64,000 nucleotides of DNA from the NCBI GenBank assembly GCA_963713855.1, contig OY970209.1, positions 992,001 to 1,056,000 of the forward strand, given 5' to 3'. The translations under genes were made by a program, and so were the position numbers. This stretch comes from an uncultured bacterium. GTDB taxonomy: Bacteria > Babelota > Babeliae > Babelales > Babelaceae. Positions 1-9,635 of this stretch are shown in pieces. The notes beneath the pieces were generated by a model. It was not told the DNA's origin. It searched no databases and saw only the letters and a program-made list of their open reading frames with translations. The first letter of the stretch is position 1; every line of letters begins with the position of its first letter.

Positions 1-358
1 TCTGAATAAGCTCAAGCTTGGCATCTTGATGTGGAAAACAAGCTTTCTCATTACTCGAATCGTATAGTAATTGATCAGATCGGCGTTGCCACAATGTCAA
101 CTTACGGGGCGAACAATGCGTATTTTCCCAAGGATACGGACTCCAATAGAATCCGGCGTCTACCTTGGTCGTTTGCCCCGGCTCAATCTGACCATGTGCA
201 TTATGGCGAGAGCAGCCTCTTCGAACGGACATTTCAAGCGAAAAGGAAACAGTATCGTTTCCTTTGTTGGTAATGGCATAGACAGCTGCTTTGAGAGGCT
301 GATAAACCGTGAGCGCAAGTATACTATATAACGTAAAGATAACCAGTTTTCTTATCAT
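1..358 (-). CDS. Small secreted protein, 3'-truncated by the window edge; paralog of 411..791 and 45448..45825
   Basis: Not in the ORF track. My translation from ATG 358 (upstream AAAGGAAAG): MIRKLVIFTLYSILALTVYQPLKAAVYAITNKGNDTVSFSLEMSVRRGCSRHNAHGQIEPGQTTKVDAG...HCSPRKLTLWQRRSDQLLYDSS...KLELIQ, open to the edge. Confidence 0.85.
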   Translation of the reverse strand, partial: MIRKLVIFTLYSILALTVYQPLKAAVYAITNKGNDTVSFSLEMSVRRGCSRHNAHGQIEPGQTTKVDAGFYWSPYPWENTHCSPRKLTLWQRRSDQLLYDSSNEKACFPHQDAKLELIQ

Positions 359-410
359 TAGCTTTCCTTTTTGTAATCTGATCTCTTTTGCAAAAACAAC
401 TCATCCACCA

Positions 411-791
411 TTAATAATACATGCGTATTCCCCATTGGCCTGTACTACTTTGAGTGATATCAATTTTTCTTCTAAGATCATCTTTGCTAAAGCATATGCC
501 AAAATCATTCGAATCAAATTGTAAGGTGCTCCCACTCCACAACTTCAAGCGGTTAACACGGCTAGTCCGGCTAGCACCGCGGCTGCACACCGATGCCAGG
601 TTGAGTGTTACGGTTTGAGTTGGCTGCAGATTTGCTTTAAGCGTGCCACAATTTCGCGAATCAATGTTCATAGAAATACCTATTGACTCGTTTCCATTAT
701 TAGTGACGATGTATTCAGCCGCTTGACATGAGTGAACGACAAAAGTAACAAAGAGCAGGGTTGCTGCACTTTGCCGTATGATAGTATTCAT
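411..791 (-). CDS. Small secreted protein (YxITNxG family)
   Basis: ORF 411..839; likely start MNTIIRQ at 791 gives a signal peptide; shares motifs YIVTNNG, NRLKLW, FDSND, KIxxxQxSxGxW with paralogs. Confidence 0.8.
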   Translation of the reverse strand: MNTIIRQSAATLLFVTFVVHSCQAAEYIVTNNGNESIGISMNIDSRNCGTLKANLQPTQTVTLNLASVCSRGASRTSRVNRLKLWSGSTLQFDSNDFGICFSKDDLRRKIDITQSSTGQWGIRMYY

Positions 792-941
792 AACAAACCC
801 TTCTTTTTCGCTTCTTTCTGAATCATAAATCGACATCACGATCAGTTTATTGATCGAATTTTAACAAACATCTAGCTCAACTTGTCGTCATTGCTTTTTT
901 GATAATTTGTGCTCATTTTCCATCCTTCAGGAACAATGGGC

Positions 942-3900
942 TTATCCGACGTATTGCTCCGCAGGAGCAAGTATGTTCTGCTCTTCTCCAGTCATAGCAT
1001 CTATAAGGTCTCCGTACTGGTTTTCAAGGCATTCTGCAGTGAGGCCTTGCGCACAAACTGATGATAAGTAGTTTTGTATATAGGTGGAAGCAATTGCTTG
1101 GAAAACATAGTCGGTCCATAGTTTTGTGACGGTTAACGAAGTCGCTAAAAGCTCTTTATTTTGTGCTAACTCAGGTATATTTGTTTGGCCGTCTAAAAGA
1201 AGACCTGTGAGCACTGTTCTAATTTGACCCGCGTTAAGAGACCCGCTCACAAGTGCTTGTGTTAACGGCATACTATTTCCTTTGGTATCCCGAGGCATGT
1301 GTGTGTTTAGGTACGCTTGAAGCCTTGGGTCTAATAGAATCATTTGTGGTGTTGCTAACTTTTTGGTATCAGTAGTTGACGCGTTTGAAAGCGTTACTCC
1401 GCCGCTTTGGGCTTCACGGGCGATGGTTGTGTCAATCGAAGTAAGATAAATTAACGAATCTAAAATGAGGCTGTTAAGGTTCTGACAGAGATTTTGCTCC
1501 TCATCCGTGTAGGCAAAACTGCTGCAATCCGCCAATAATTGCTCGAATGAAGGTACCGTTTGGCCTGAAGGCAAGGTTATAGTACCGCTCCAGCGCGTAG
1601 CATACCATTCTGCAAAGAACTCAATAGCACCTTGAAAGAGCGCATTAAGTGCTTGAAGTCCCATCTCTAGGCCTTTTTGTTGAGCATTTTGAGCGGAATC
1701 GTTATCACCAAGCTGTTGATAGGCGGCAAAAGCGTTTAGATACAATTGCTGAGCTGAATTGAATGAAGGAATAGCGGATATGAAATACCCGTTAGTGTAG
1801 TAGGCGTTACCAACACTCTCAAAAAGAGCTGCTTGTTTTACCTGTGCTCTTTGGCCATCATTCACAAGTTTAGCCTGCTGGTATGCCCCTTGTGCAGTGG
1901 TATATAATTTTGAAGCCAGTGTTACGAATGCTTGATACTGGCTAGCAATAGGCTGTCCCACTAAACACTGTTTTATAAAGTCGCCTTGTAGTTCATAGAG
2001 ATACCCCATAGCGCCTTGAGCGGCCGGTAGTCCACTTCCTGTGACTGGTCCTTGTGTTGCAGCAGCATTAGCGTACGTTGTTGCAACGGAGTAATAGTCT
2101 TGTATGAGCGTACTCGCGTTTAGCAGGGCGATTGTTTGGGGGTTTGTCTTATCAAGACTTTCAATATTCTTGGTATTTTCTGCAAGATTTTTAAAGAAGT
2201 TTCGTTGAGTCTTAAGCGCCTTAAGCTCATCTTTTCCAGTGTTAAAAAGTGCAATGAGCGTTTCATCAATGTCTTCCCCTTGCATGTATAATGCTTTTTG
2301 AAGAAGCGAGTAGGCTTGAGAAAGATACGATTGCTGCGAAAATTTTTGTAGTTGGGCAGTTTTAGTTTTTGCGTATACTTGCTGTAAAGAAGTTGTTCCT
2401 TGGAAGCTTTCGTACTGGCGCAATGCATAGCCATAAGCAAGAACGGCCGTAGGCACAAGTGCCTGGTTTGCTGATTCTCCCCAAGGTGCTGCCATAACTG
2501 GTAAATTACAGTATACAAGGGCAGGTAGTTTACCTGGTGGATTTAAAAAGGTAAGGGTCGTTTTGATTGTCGTCCCTTGAGTTATTTCAATGCCTTTATC
2601 GATCCATTCGCCAAGTTGTAGCCTGTAAGCTTTTGAGTCACTAATAAGCCCAGTAAGGGTCTTATCTGACACGCTAAAATTAGGGTCTTGTATGGCATCG
2701 AGATAGCTCGTGAACGTGCCTGTAAGACCGGAAGCAGAAACGCGCTGATACAAATAGAGCGTCGCGGCCAAGTCTTTAAGGTCATCTACAACTTTTTGTT
2801 TAAGTTCTGGATTTTTCTTATAGTTTTCAAAATCTTGAAAGAGCTCTGCAGGTACAAGAGTGGGTGACGCAGGAATTTCTACAATCCACGGCGATAAGAA
2901 ATATTGAGCGTATACGTCCGTTGAGCCCAAAGTATCACCAAAAGCGCTTGTTGAAGCTCTTGTAGGTCGAGGGGCATTGCCTACAAGATCAGCAATCGCA
3001 AGATATTGTTCACTGTCTGATAAATTGAGCATGGTTTGAGCTAAAGTAGTGTTTCCCAGTGTTAAGTACGCGGCTCGAGCGCTGGAATATGCTGCAGATG
3101 CAATCCCATGATAGTCAGTTTTTAAAGAGCATTCTGTCATTGTTTCGGGTTTTGGTTGTACTGACATTGACTCTGAAGCTTTTTGTATAGCCCAGTCACC
3201 TTGTTTTTGGTAAAGACTTGCTCGAGTTTGCGTTAGTTGGCTTAAATCGAGTGGGCTTAGTTGGCTCAATAACGGCGAGCTATATACTTCGTTATTATTT
3301 AAAAGCAAGTTAAGTTCTGGTGATGTGATTTCAGGAGTTGCAGTTTGTTGATCTTTCCATGCTTGTGCGCTTTTTATAGCAAGTGTACTAAGCTGTTGAC
3401 CGATGCTTGTAAGTTTATTGAGCGATGTAAGCGCTTGATCATATCCCTTGACAGCGTCTAGTTCGGGCTTTAAACCCTCTGACCAAAGGCTTTGTGCTTT
3501 TGAGTATAGTGGCTCTATGATTCCTTCAATGGTATCGAGCGAACTTGCACTATCTTCTGCTTGTGCTTTTAAAAATAGAAATAGCCTATAGTAGATAATA
3601 CTCTGATCACCGACACTTAATGACTTAAAAGCAGTCGACTGTATGTAGCCTTCTAAGCATGATTGATAAAGCTCAGGACCTTTACTGAATGCCTCAGCCT
3701 TTTGCGTAAGCTGCCAGAGTGTGTACACGATAAGTGCTGCGTTTAGTGCTTGGTCCCATAAAACAAGCTTACCAGGTGTTTGTTTTGCATCATTTAGTGA
3801 TTTTTGAGCACTTTCAACAAGGCCAGTGAATGCTTTTAAACGATTTAGTAAGCTCTTTTTAGCATCGGGTGTGAGATAGTTCTGATAAAAGAAAGCTGCC

Positions 3901-5720
3901 TGATAATAAGCTGCTTTTAGTGCTTGTGCAGATAAATCTTTGCTATCACCTATAGTACTAGCAAGTTGCTCATAATACTTTGCCATATAACGCCCTATAA
4001 AGGGCGCCATGCCTTGGGTAAATAGTGCGTAGAAAGAAAAAGAGGTTTCAACCTCTGCTGAACCTTGCGCTTTTTGGGCTTGACTATACGCGGCATCGGC
4101 ACTCACAGCTAATGAAAGCGCGGTTGCTGCTAGTTCTTGGGCTTTCTCAACGGCAGCTGGAGACTTTGTTGAAAGGGTTGTAAGCGCTTTTGAAAGAGAA
4201 TCAGCTGCTTGTCCACTTGTTGTAAGCAGTTGGCTTAATGTTACCACCTGTAGCGACTCTGTTATTCCTATTTGCTGCTGCGCGCTTAAAAGAGGTCCGT
4301 TACTTAACGGAAGTGCCGAGGTTTGGGTAGCTATGTTATAAAAATTAGCACTCTCCTGATAGTCACTTAATGCTTTCTTGCAAGATGCAGCAAGATTGCT
4401 AAAAGTTTGGGTTAATACGGGAAGGTTGCCTGTGCCTTGGGAAAGTATTTTTTGAGTGTTCTTAAGAGGGCTTGCAGCATTAGCTACAAAGTCTGAAAGC
4501 GATTTTTGACCTTCTTCTTGTGCCATGCGACCCTGAATAAGGTTAACTGCGCGATTAAGGTTCTGCCAAAGCCATTGTACACCCCCTTGAGCAAGTTGTG
4601 TTGAAGCTTCATTAATAAGCGATACTTGAGAAATAGCATCCTGCGCGCTTTGTGCTTGTTGTAGCGTGTTTAGAGCATTTTGAATATTGGTATACATGCC
4701 TGTATATGCATTATACAATGATTTACTATCGCTATCTGTTAAAGTGCTAAATGCCTGGGCAGCTTTATTAAGAAAAGGTGCTGCTTGATTTAAAAGGCCT
4801 ATATTAAGGTTTTGGGGGCCGACTATGTCGGCAATGGTGTTAATATCACCTTCTGCTTTCATATCATTAAGTAGATTTTGAAACACAGTATGTTCGATAG
4901 TTCCATAAGAAGTGTGAAGGGATGTAAGAGCTATTTGTGGCGTTGCAAAGTCTTGTATGGTAAGCTCGGGATCCCACAAAGCACTTGCTTCAGCAAAATA
5001 ATTTTCAGCTTGAGTGGCAATGTCCGGTGTAAGCGTTGCAGGTGGTCTATTTGCTAGATCATTAAGCACGAAGGCGTAGATTGAAAATGCTAAGCCTCGC
5101 ATCGAGCTCTCGTAAGGGTCATAGAGCTGTTTCCAATTTTTGTGTATCCATTGTTGCGTCGATTGAGCTACTTGGTCATAATGCGCTACCTGCTGACTCA
5201 ATTGATTAAGTAACGACTCGTACGGATTTCCAGTCGCCCTTGCTTGTATGACCGTTTGCTTAAGGCTTTGTATGTTATTCCTTAACGCCTCAAATAGAGT
5301 TTTAATAATGATGACAAGATAGTTACTTGAACTTTGAGCATCTACTTGCGCAGCCTTCCACGGAGAAGTTTTATATGCTTGATAGACCAAGCTCAATGCT
5401 TGTTCGAATGTGCTTATAAGAGTTTGTGGCAAAGGTGAGTATGTTCGTGGTCCATTCTGTCCAATAACACTTGTTTGCATCGCTATTTTAGCACGTGTAA
5501 ATGCTGCAAGACCTGCTTTTAGTTCTCCGCTATCCCAAATGACTGCGGGCGTATACTTCTGGTGGGGCAGTCGAGTAGGTCCTCCTATGATCGCACCGCC
5601 TGGTCCTTGGTATGTACGGGGCTCTGGGACTCTGCGTGGAGCACCTATCATGTATATTCTGGCATCCGCGCTCAGCGTGAAGAGTGCGCAAAAAATGAAG
5701 CACTTCTTTAGCATTTTCAT
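942..5720 (-). CDS. Large (1592 aa) exported alpha-helical protein with TPR-like segments, function unknown
   Basis: Long ORF; N-terminal signal peptide (MKMLKKCFIFCALFTLSADA); Ala/Gln/Leu-rich with recurring AxxxYxxA helices. Confidence 0.85.
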   Translation of the reverse strand: MKMLKKCFIFCALFTLSADARIYMIGAPRRVPEPRTYQGPGGAIIGGPTRLPHQKYTPAVIWDSGELKAGLAAFTRAKIAMQTSVIGQNGPRTYSPLPQTLISTFEQALSLVYQAYKTSPWKAAQVDAQSSSNYLVIIIKTLFEALRNNIQSLKQTVIQARATGNPYESLLNQLSQQVAHYDQVAQSTQQWIHKNWKQLYDPYESSMRGLAFSIYAFVLNDLANRPPATLTPDIATQAENYFAEASALWDPELTIQDFATPQIALTSLHTSYGTIEHTVFQNLLNDMKAEGDINTIADIVGPQNLNIGLLNQAAPFLNKAAQAFSTLTDSDSKSLYNAYTGMYTNIQNALNTLQQAQSAQDAISQVSLINEASTQLAQGGVQWLWQNLNRAVNLIQGRMAQEEGQKSLSDFVANAASPLKNTQKILSQGTGNLPVLTQTFSNLAASCKKALSDYQESANFYNIATQTSALPLSNGPLLSAQQQIGITESLQVVTLSQLLTTSGQAADSLSKALTTLSTKSPAAVEKAQELAATALSLAVSADAAYSQAQKAQGSAEVETSFSFYALFTQGMAPFIGRYMAKYYEQLASTIGDSKDLSAQALKAAYYQAAFFYQNYLTPDAKKSLLNRLKAFTGLVESAQKSLNDAKQTPGKLVLWDQALNAALIVYTLWQLTQKAEAFSKGPELYQSCLEGYIQSTAFKSLSVGDQSIIYYRLFLFLKAQAEDSASSLDTIEGIIEPLYSKAQSLWSEGLKPELDAVKGYDQALTSLNKLTSIGQQLSTLAIKSAQAWKDQQTATPEITSPELNLLLNNNEVYSSPLLSQLSPLDLSQLTQTRASLYQKQGDWAIQKASESMSVQPKPETMTECSLKTDYHGIASAAYSSARAAYLTLGNTTLAQTMLNLSDSEQYLAIADLVGNAPRPTRASTSAFGDTLGSTDVYAQYFLSPWIVEIPASPTLVPAELFQDFENYKKNPELKQKVVDDLKDLAATLYLYQRVSASGLTGTFTSYLDAIQDPNFSVSDKTLTGLISDSKAYRLQLGEWIDKGIEITQGTTIKTTLTFLNPPGKLPALVYCNLPVMAAPWGESANQALVPTAVLAYGYALRQYESFQGTTSLQQVYAKTKTAQLQKFSQQSYLSQAYSLLQKALYMQGEDIDETLIALFNTGKDELKALKTQRNFFKNLAENTKNIESLDKTNPQTIALLNASTLIQDYYSVATTYANAAATQGPVTGSGLPAAQGAMGYLYELQGDFIKQCLVGQPIASQYQAFVTLASKLYTTAQGAYQQAKLVNDGQRAQVKQAALFESVGNAYYTNGYFISAIPSFNSAQQLYLNAFAAYQQLGDNDSAQNAQQKGLEMGLQALNALFQGAIEFFAEWYATRWSGTITLPSGQTVPSFEQLLADCSSFAYTDEEQNLCQNLNSLILDSLIYLTSIDTTIAREAQSGGVTLSNASTTDTKKLATPQMILLDPRLQAYLNTHMPRDTKGNSMPLTQALVSGSLNAGQIRTVLTGLLLDGQTNIPELAQNKELLATSLTVTKLWTDYVFQAIASTYIQNYLSSVCAQGLTAECLENQYGDLIDAMTGEEQNILAPAEQYVG

Positions 5721-5723
5721 GGC

Positions 5724-7055
5724 CTAGCCCTTTTTTACGATTCTTGCCATGGTCTTATTTGCTACTTTAATTTGAGTTGTTGCTTGTTGTGGTATTGCGC
5801 CTGGTTTAGCTTCTGGCTGCTCGACAAAGTCTGGTTGCTCCGGCCACCAAAGGCCAGGAAGCGCCTCTATACTTGAAGCGTATGCAAACTGAGGGGAATC
5901 AGGCATTGGGTCAAGGACTACTTTAAGGCGGGCTTGTGATCCGGGTCCCGTACCCATCAAAATGGAGCCATCAGTGTTTGCCGCAAAAATTGCACAACCA
6001 CCATTCTGAGATAACATTGAAGAGCAGTAAAGCGTATCATGATCACATAATCCGCCTTCGCTTTGGCAACAGGCAAGGTTTGTCTCCGGGTCGATATGCC
6101 GTGTCAAATAAGTTAAAACGTAGAAAGCGTTTGTGCTAATGTCTCTACCGATAAAGATAACAGGTTGGCACGACGAAAAGGGATCCGTAGGAAATAGAAT
6201 AATTGTTTGAGTGCCGGAGGTACCTTGGCTGCTTAAAGCCAATGTAGGCAATGCCATGTGTCTCTTTGTTGAAAGCTGGTTTACTCTGGGATTATGCTCA
6301 TTCTTGCCAAAAAGAGAATAGCGAAGATCCGAATTGGTTCGTGTATTAGTTGATAGAAACTGTATAGGATACTCGTTACCGCCCACGGTAATATGTGGCT
6401 TTTCTCGATCGACCAAGCTAAATATAGAATTCATGAAGAAAAGGTCTCCGCTATCTAAAGCGTTGACAATAGTACCTGGGCTTGATACGACCGAACCATC
6501 AGGGTTAACCATTTGCTGATAGAGTGGTGCCGTCGTCGTAGCCATGGAGAATGATTGGTTGGTGTTATTTACAATCGTATCAAGAAAAACGTAATTGGGT
6601 GATTGTCTGCTGCCCAGTTCATTGAGCGTATCTTGTTTAACAAGCTGACTAAGTGGTCCGATAGGTGTTCCAAATCCAAATCGTGCGCTAAATGTGCCCC
6701 TTGTACAAACGACGTTGTTCATACTTCGCCGTCCCGAAGCATCCCGACACATTCCACAAGAAACAGGGTATCCCCACGGTTGCTGGCATTCGACTAGACT
6801 GCCGGGCTTTGGACCAAGCTCGGATAGGAAGGTCGAGAATCGTGGAAGCTCAGCTTGATATCCTTGTCCCTGGTCAGACGTCATAAAAAATGAGCCAGCT
6901 CCAGCATTTTTTAGTATCAGATAGCCGTAATTCGTGTGCTCAAGAAATTGGCCATTTAAGCGGACGAAGGGAGAAGGTTCTATGAGAACACTGTAAGCTA
7001 TCGCTATAAGAAGGCAAATATGTAATGTATACTTCATGGTTTTCCTATTTAACAT
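5724..7055 (-). CDS. Exported Cys-containing hypothetical protein, probably co-transcribed with the 1592 aa gene
   Basis: 443 aa ORF, hydrophobic N-terminus, two Cys clusters; stop lies 3 nt from the next start. Confidence 0.8.
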   Translation of the reverse strand: MLNRKTMKYTLHICLLIAIAYSVLIEPSPFVRLNGQFLEHTNYGYLILKNAGAGSFFMTSDQGQGYQAELPRFSTFLSELGPKPGSLVECQQPWGYPVSCGMCRDASGRRSMNNVVCTRGTFSARFGFGTPIGPLSQLVKQDTLNELGSRQSPNYVFLDTIVNNTNQSFSMATTTAPLYQQMVNPDGSVVSSPGTIVNALDSGDLFFMNSIFSLVDREKPHITVGGNEYPIQFLSTNTRTNSDLRYSLFGKNEHNPRVNQLSTKRHMALPTLALSSQGTSGTQTIILFPTDPFSSCQPVIFIGRDISTNAFYVLTYLTRHIDPETNLACCQSEGGLCDHDTLYCSSMLSQNGGCAIFAANTDGSILMGTGPGSQARLKVVLDPMPDSPQFAYASSIEALPGLWWPEQPDFVEQPEAKPGAIPQQATTQIKVANKTMARIVKKG

Positions 7056-7251
7056 CGCCTAATCTCCGCTTCTAGTTAACTCTTTATTTAATTATATTAG
7101 TAAATTGCCTTGAAAGAAGTCAATTATTAAACACTTTTGAGTTAAAAAATACAAGAAACCAAACCTGCCATACTGGTAAAGTATTGATTTTTAGCCAATT
7201 TTTTTATTACCATTATTATTATTAAACGAAACTATAACGAAGGAGTAGCTT

Positions 7252-7383
7252 ATGAGTACTGAGCCCGAAGCCAAATCTGTCCCGCATTCTGATCCGTCTT
7301 CGAAAAAGAAAGACGATAAGTCAGCAAAGCCGAATCAAGCACAAGAACCAAAAAAAGATACGCGGATTCCTTGTTGTGGCTAA
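7252..7383 (+). CDS. 43 aa hydrophilic peptide ending in Pro-Cys-Cys-Gly
   Basis: Not in the ORF track; AAGGAG RBS then ATG 7252; MSTEPEAKSVPHSDPSSKKKDDKSAKPNQAQEPKKDTRIPCCG*; overlaps the GTG start of the next gene by 8 nt. Confidence 0.65.
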   Translation: MSTEPEAKSVPHSDPSSKKKDDKSAKPNQAQEPKKDTRIPCCG

Positions 7384-8743
7384 AAGTGATAAGCACTTTG
7401 ACCTTATTATTATCGGTGGGGGTCCTGGTGGCATATCTGCTGCGTTACGTGCAGAAGAACTCAATGTAAAGACCCTTTTTGTTAATGGAGGCTTGCCTCT
7501 CGGGGGGACTTGCTTGCATATGGGTTGTGTGCCTTATAACCGGCTCATGCATGTTGCGCAATCTATGCATGATGCACAAAAAGGATTTGCTGGTATTGAG
7601 TTTCGTTTAGAGCATCTCGATTTCAAAGCTTTAATGGCCGACGTACAAGACTTAATGAACTATTGGCAAATGCAAGACGAAAAAACAATTAAGGGCTTGA
7701 AGCACGTTTATTTTAAAAAAGGGTGGGCGCACTTTGTAACTCCTTATAGTGTTAATATCGGGTCTTGTATATACTCGGCAGACGTTTTTATTATAGCCGC
7801 AGGTGCAAGTGCCTATGTGCCTCAACTAGAAGGGCTACATGCTACGGGTTTTTTGACCCATGCAGATATTTTTTCACTTAAAGAACTTCCGGATAGCCTT
7901 CTTATCATTGGTGGTGGCTCTTTTGGCCTTGAGTGTGCACAAATTTTTAATCGTTTAGGGTGCAGTGTCACCGTTATCGAAGAGTCATCTCGCCTGCTTA
8001 AAAGAGGTAATAAAGAGCTCGTCGATTCGTTAGAAAGTATATTGCGGCGTGAAGGTATTAGGTTTTGTAAAAATGTGCAAATTCAGCGCGCTTTGAACCA
8101 TAAAGGACGTAAGCTGCTACTTGTCGAAACATCTCGAGGTAGAAAAAAGTTTGAGGCGCAGGAAATTGTTGTGGCTCTTGGAAAAAAGCCTTTAACATCA
8201 CATCTTAGACTTTCTTTAGCACGCGTGGCCACAGATTGTGCTGGAGGAATCAGCGTTGACGCTTATTTAAAAACAAGTGAGCCCCATATTTTTGCCGTAG
8301 GGGACGTACTTTCGATACCAATGCGCATCGAAACAACGGCCGTAAAAGAGGGAAGAATGGCAGTTGATAACGCTTTTAACAACGCAAAGCAGACGATCGA
8401 TTATACTCTTATACCTTACAGTCTATCGACTGATCCCGCGCTTTCATTTGTTGGCATTGGAAAAAGCGATAAGGACCATTACACAATCTCGCTGCCCATG
8501 GAGTATGTGACCTACGCTAGTATTGTTGGATATACTGAAGGGTCGGTAAAATTGTTTGTACATAGTAAAACAGAGCGTATCTGTGGCCTGCATATGCTCG
8601 CAAGAGGCTCTCAAGAAGTTATTTCGCACGCGGCCTCACTTATACACGCACGCACAACTCTTTATGATATACAGAATTCGACATTTGTTTTTCCATCATA
8701 TGCCCACGTATTTAAAATGCTTGCCTCTCAACGTAAAAGTTAA
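7376..8743 (+). CDS. Class I pyridine nucleotide-disulfide oxidoreductase, mercuric reductase (MerA)-like, lacking the C-terminal Cys-Cys
   Basis: IIIGGGPGG FAD motif, VNGGLPLGGTCLHMGCVP redox CxxxxC, IIGGGSFGLE, TSEPHIFAVGD; ends FPSYAHVFKMLASQRKS with no HPTxxE and no CC. Confidence 0.8.
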   Translation: MAKSDKHFDLIIIGGGPGGISAALRAEELNVKTLFVNGGLPLGGTCLHMGCVPYNRLMHVAQSMHDAQKGFAGIEFRLEHLDFKALMADVQDLMNYWQMQDEKTIKGLKHVYFKKGWAHFVTPYSVNIGSCIYSADVFIIAAGASAYVPQLEGLHATGFLTHADIFSLKELPDSLLIIGGGSFGLECAQIFNRLGCSVTVIEESSRLLKRGNKELVDSLESILRREGIRFCKNVQIQRALNHKGRKLLLVETSRGRKKFEAQEIVVALGKKPLTSHLRLSLARVATDCAGGISVDAYLKTSEPHIFAVGDVLSIPMRIETTAVKEGRMAVDNAFNNAKQTIDYTLIPYSLSTDPALSFVGIGKSDKDHYTISLPMEYVTYASIVGYTEGSVKLFVHSKTERICGLHMLARGSQEVISHAASLIHARTTLYDIQNSTFVFPSYAHVFKMLASQRKS

Positions 8744-9567
8744 TAGTTGAGGTCATGAATTTTCTCCTGAATGAATGTGAGAATGTCAGGCGAGAACGAA
8801 GGGTTTCTCAGCGCAGTATCAAGAGTTGCTTTGAGCCAACCACAAGGCGTTCCAACGTCATGTCGCTCTCCTTGTATTTTGTATGCAAGCACTCTGTGAT
8901 GAGTCTTTTGTACAAGATATGAAAGAGCATCGCTTAATTGTATCTCCCCCTGCGCTGAGGGAGCTATAGCCTTTAATGCGTCCATAAGAGGGGGAAAGAC
9001 TACGTACCTACCGACAATAGCAAAATTTGAAGGCGCTTTAGCAATGGCTGGCTTTTCAACGATGTCCTCCACCTGAAAGATACCCTCTTCTAATTTCTTT
9101 CCTACTTTAATAACGCCATAGTTTGGCAAATCGGATTGTTTGACTTCCAGCACTGCGACAACGGTTGCATTCTCTTTTTGAGCAACGTCAATAAGGTTTT
9201 TAAGCTCCGGTAAGTGGCCCAAAATAATATCATCGGGTAATAGTATCGCAAAGGGCTCCTTTTGCACGTATTGCTCGGCTTTTAGGATAGCATGACCCAG
9301 CCCAAGAGGTTGCGCTTGGTTGATGTAGCTATAGGTGGCTTTTTTGAGGTGTCGTAACTCCGGGCTTTCTGATTGCAAATAGTTTGCAATAGCTTGTTTT
9401 CGCTTGTTTATTATGATGCCAAAATGCTCAATGTTACTTGCTAACGCCTCTTCAATAACGTATTGAAGGGCTGGCTTATTCATGAGGGGTAAAAGCTCTT
9501 TTGGCACGGCGTTTGTAAGAGGTAAAAAACGTGTTCCTAGTCCTGCAGCGGGGATAATAGCCTTCAT
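8740..9567 (-). CDS. galU: UTP--glucose-1-phosphate uridylyltransferase
   Basis: KAIIPAAGLGTRFLP, PKELLP, QPLGLGHAIL, LLPDD, VEKP, GEIQLSDAL. Confidence 0.92.
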   Translation of the reverse strand: MKAIIPAAGLGTRFLPLTNAVPKELLPLMNKPALQYVIEEALASNIEHFGIIINKRKQAIANYLQSESPELRHLKKATYSYINQAQPLGLGHAILKAEQYVQKEPFAILLPDDIILGHLPELKNLIDVAQKENATVVAVLEVKQSDLPNYGVIKVGKKLEEGIFQVEDIVEKPAIAKAPSNFAIVGRYVVFPPLMDALKAIAPSAQGEIQLSDALSYLVQKTHHRVLAYKIQGERHDVGTPCGWLKATLDTALRNPSFSPDILTFIQEKIHDLNY

Positions 9568-9635
9568 ACTGTTTACTCGCTTTTGATAGTTTAAGCTGGC
9601 ATCCAGTATAGCTCAAAAAATCGCATCATCAGTTT

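Noticed and set aside
31..524. Plus-strand ORFs 31..273, 71..331 and 309..524
   Set aside because: They are antisense shadows of the better-supported minus-strand secreted paralogs.
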